Below are positions 60,246 through 64,000 of a DNA stretch of 64,000 bases, piece after piece (position 1 is the stretch's first letter; each line of letters starts with the position of its first letter). Below the pieces are notes generated by a model. It saw nothing but the letters and a program-made list of their open reading frames with translations, had not been told where the DNA came from and made no database searches. A program made the position numbers and the translations under genes. Origin of the DNA: the human T2T-CHM13v2.0 reference genome, Homo sapiens. The stretch is taken from NCBI RefSeq assembly GCF_009914755.1, contig NC_060925.1, one strand, 5' to 3'.

Positions 60246-61939
60246 AGAAGTAGGTAAAGCACATTTAAACACACAATGGAATCAGTGATGCTCATGGCTA
60301 GGGAGGCAATGCTGAAGTCAAGCTTCCTGGAACTGTGTTGCAGCCTTGTATATTACCATGGACTATCATCAACTTCTTTGGCTACTGGTATCCTTTCCAG
60401 GAAGCACACCGCTGCTTTTGCTGTAATGGTACCCATTTTCTGCTGAAGTTGCCTAGGATTGGGCTATGCTTAGCTTAGACTGGGTGCTCAAAAACCATTT
60501 GGATGCTGAGAGAATTGATATGCTCAGATACAATGGGAAAATTGAAAGGGTGGGATTTCCGTGGATCAAATGACACTAAAAATGGAAGACATTAATGGCA
60601 ATAAAAAACAGTGGGACACTGTGGATGAGGACAGCCCATTCCATGGCTAAGGCTCCCAGCCACTGGTGAAAAAAGGCCATTTGAACACCCTCAAGCATTG
60701 TTCCTTTTGGAGAAAGGGCTGGTGTAGGTGGGAGGGATATCTGGGTATACTCATATATCTACAGAAAATCACTATATATATCTCAAAAATGTTATCTATG
60801 AAAATAGAACTATGTGCTAACGATTCATCTTTACTTCTCTTAACTTCTTCTTTTTTTTGTTTTCTTCATCTCCGTAGTACCTGGAGATCTTAACTTCTTC
60901 TTAACCTAGATGTTTATTTCACCTTGCTACTTTGCTTACCAGCTGTTTACTCACAGTTGGGTGTATCTTCTATGGAACTTCCTTGTAACAGATCTTTGTT
61001 CTTCCTTGGAATTCCCACTCTGCATTTGGCATAGTGCAGTTTCACTGATCAGGGAACTCGTTATCAGACAGATATGCTCTCAAATAGCAACTTTTCTTCT
61101 GTGGTTTTGGACAATTCATTATTCAATTCTCTGGAAACTATGGCAGTTGAAGACAGAGTTGTTAATAATGAAAGAAGAAATTTGGTATTTCTTGTGAATA
61201 AATTCACAATCGTGGTGTAAAGATGCTTTTTGACATAAGAGAGGAAATAACTGAAAGCATGCTCAGGCTCTTGGTCATCACAGGGGCTTCCTTGCCCTTT
61301 TTGCTGTTTCAAAATCCAACCCTCACAATAAAAGAAATGCAAATTACCTGCATGCTGAGATAACAACTCTCACCTATCATATGGGTGAAAATCAAAAGTT
61401 TGAAAGCTTATTGGGTTGGTCATGGTGAAAGAAAATAGAATATCTTGTATATCATTAGTTGGAATAAAAAATAGTTACAACTATAGTAAAAGATGGTTTG
61501 GCAATATCTTGCAAATTTATGTATGCCTTCACCATCTGATAGAACAATCTCAGTTCTAGAAATCTGTCACAAAACTACACAGGCAGAATTAGAAAATGAC
61601 TTGTGAATAAGGTAGTATTTTTTAATAGAAAAAGATTACAAACAACTCAAAGACTTGTGAATAGAGGGACAGGTGAATAAACTGTGATTCATGTATACAA
61701 TGGAATATTACTATAGAATAATAAAATGGGATTGAGGAAGATCTCTATATGCTGATATGCAATAATCTTCAGGATGTATTTTTAGGTGAAAGCAGCAAGA
61801 TGCACAATAGTATATAGAGTATGGGGGATATAAATAAATATATACATTTATAATATTTGCTCATATTTAAAAAACAAACGAAACACCCACTGGAAGAACA
61901 AAACTAAAACTAATTAAAACTAAAAACTTCTGCCTCTAA

Positions 61940-62650
<711 letters not shown>

Positions 62651-63175
62651 ATAATTGTTTTACACATTGAAAATAAACAAGTAAAAGGGTATTCCTAAAA
62701 GGAGGAATAAAAACTAAAATAATGTATCTAACTGAACATTACTTTGGTAATATAATCATAAAGAAAATTATTTCAACTGACTTTAGAATGTAGAATTTGA
62801 GTGAACAGTTTTAATTAAATATCTTGTACATTAAATAAACTAGCAAATAAATTTAGTGATAATTTGGTGTAATTTAAATATATTTAACTCATATTATAAG
62901 ATAAACAAAAATCATACTGATATTAACATTTTAAGAACTAAGTAAGGTAAACAACTGTACCAGTTTGCTTATGTCTGAGGGGTTTCCCAGTATCTACGAC
63001 TTTCAGTGTTAAAGACAGATGAGTCCTGGGAAAATTCTAGAATCAAGATTTTTTTTCAGTATAAGAAAAGAGATACACATATAAAAGCAAAGAAGTTAAA
63101 TAAAATTTTTGATGCTAAATTTGAATTGGAAATATCAGCATGGATTTACAACTTGCTTTTCAACAAAAGGCCTAA

Positions 63176-63292
63176 AACAGGGGCCAGCAAACTTTTTCTT
63201 AGGCATTGCAGGCAATAGTCTCTGTTGCAACCATTCATCTCTGCCATTGTAGTGTAAAAGCAGCACTATGGGCTGTAGTTTGCCAATCCCTA
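63176..63292. mobile_element. MER58A-like hAT relic
   Basis: caggggccagcaaacttttt...gtctctgttgcaacc..tctgccattgtagtgtaaaagcagc...tagtttgccaatccct. Confidence 0.65.
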
Positions 63293-64000
63293 GCTAAAAC
63301 AATGAAAACTTGGTAGCAATGAGCACACCTAGGGATAAGGCTATGGTCTCTAAATACCACTTCTCCTATAAAAGAAGCAAGAACTTTTTAGAGAAATGGC
63401 TGAATTCATGCCAGGGACATATAAGTGTGTCAGTGAAGACTGAGTCATGTCAAAGGACATAAGACCCAATATGGAAAAATTTAAGTATCAAAGGAATAAT
63501 GATTGTGGTTGATCAAAATACGTTGAATTTATATTATCCAGTAAAAGATCAACCTTGCCCAAATATAGATGTAGCCCTTTGTCCTAGCTCCTTGGAGAAA
63601 AGCTTTAAGCTCTTGGAATCCAGTGTATGGGACATTCAGTAGAACAAATAATGTGGTGTCTTCATAGGTTGTAAAAACTGAGTCAGATAGTTGGGTGAGA
63701 ACTGCTCTAGGTTAAAAAGATGGTTATGCAGCATGAAACCAATGCTAGATGACATCTTGTTTGGATCTTGGCTTGAAAAAACCAAATACCAAAAATTTAG
63801 TGCTGGGGGAAATTTAAGTATTGATTTGATATTAGATAGTGCGTGTAGCAATGGCATTATGCTTTTGTGAATATAACTTTTAGAGATACGTATTGAAGTG
63901 TTATGTCTGATACTGGGTGATTGTGTGTGTGGTTCATTATATTAATGTCTCTTTTTGCATGTGTTGTAAAGTTTTAATAGTAAAAATATCTTTCCATTCC

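Overview
Human (or very close primate) genomic DNA, recognisable as the 1q23.3 segment from four genes. On the + strand are the last four coding exons and 3'UTR of NOS1AP/CAPON, including the alternative start of the short CAPON-S isoform, and C1orf226 (272-aa and 315-aa starts). On the - strand are the complete testis gene SPATA46/C1orf111 (3 exons, 261 aa) and SH2D1B/EAT-2 (4 exons, 132 aa). I rebuilt the exon structures by hand from GT-AG sites and reading-frame phase; the lengths sum to whole codons. The rest is intronic or intergenic DNA rich in Alu, L1, L2/MIR, MaLR/ERV LTR and hAT relics; repeat subfamily names are from memory, not a search. The most notable structures are: (1) an internal donor in the NOS1AP last exon that splices in frame onto the C1orf226 acceptor across SPATA46, swapping the nNOS-binding tail (ExF...EIAV) for a tail ending in a clathrin-box-like LLSFE; (2) a ~150-bp, ~95% identical copy of SH2D1B exon 3 plus its donor inserted into an intronic L1; (3) a (GGAA)12 microsatellite next to EAT-2; and (4) a T-box/RUNX/ETS/AP-1 motif cluster that may be an NK-cell enhancer. 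The genes themselves are known, and the read-through is to my recollection already described. The plausible novelty lies in the clathrin-box hypothesis and the templated exon copy.
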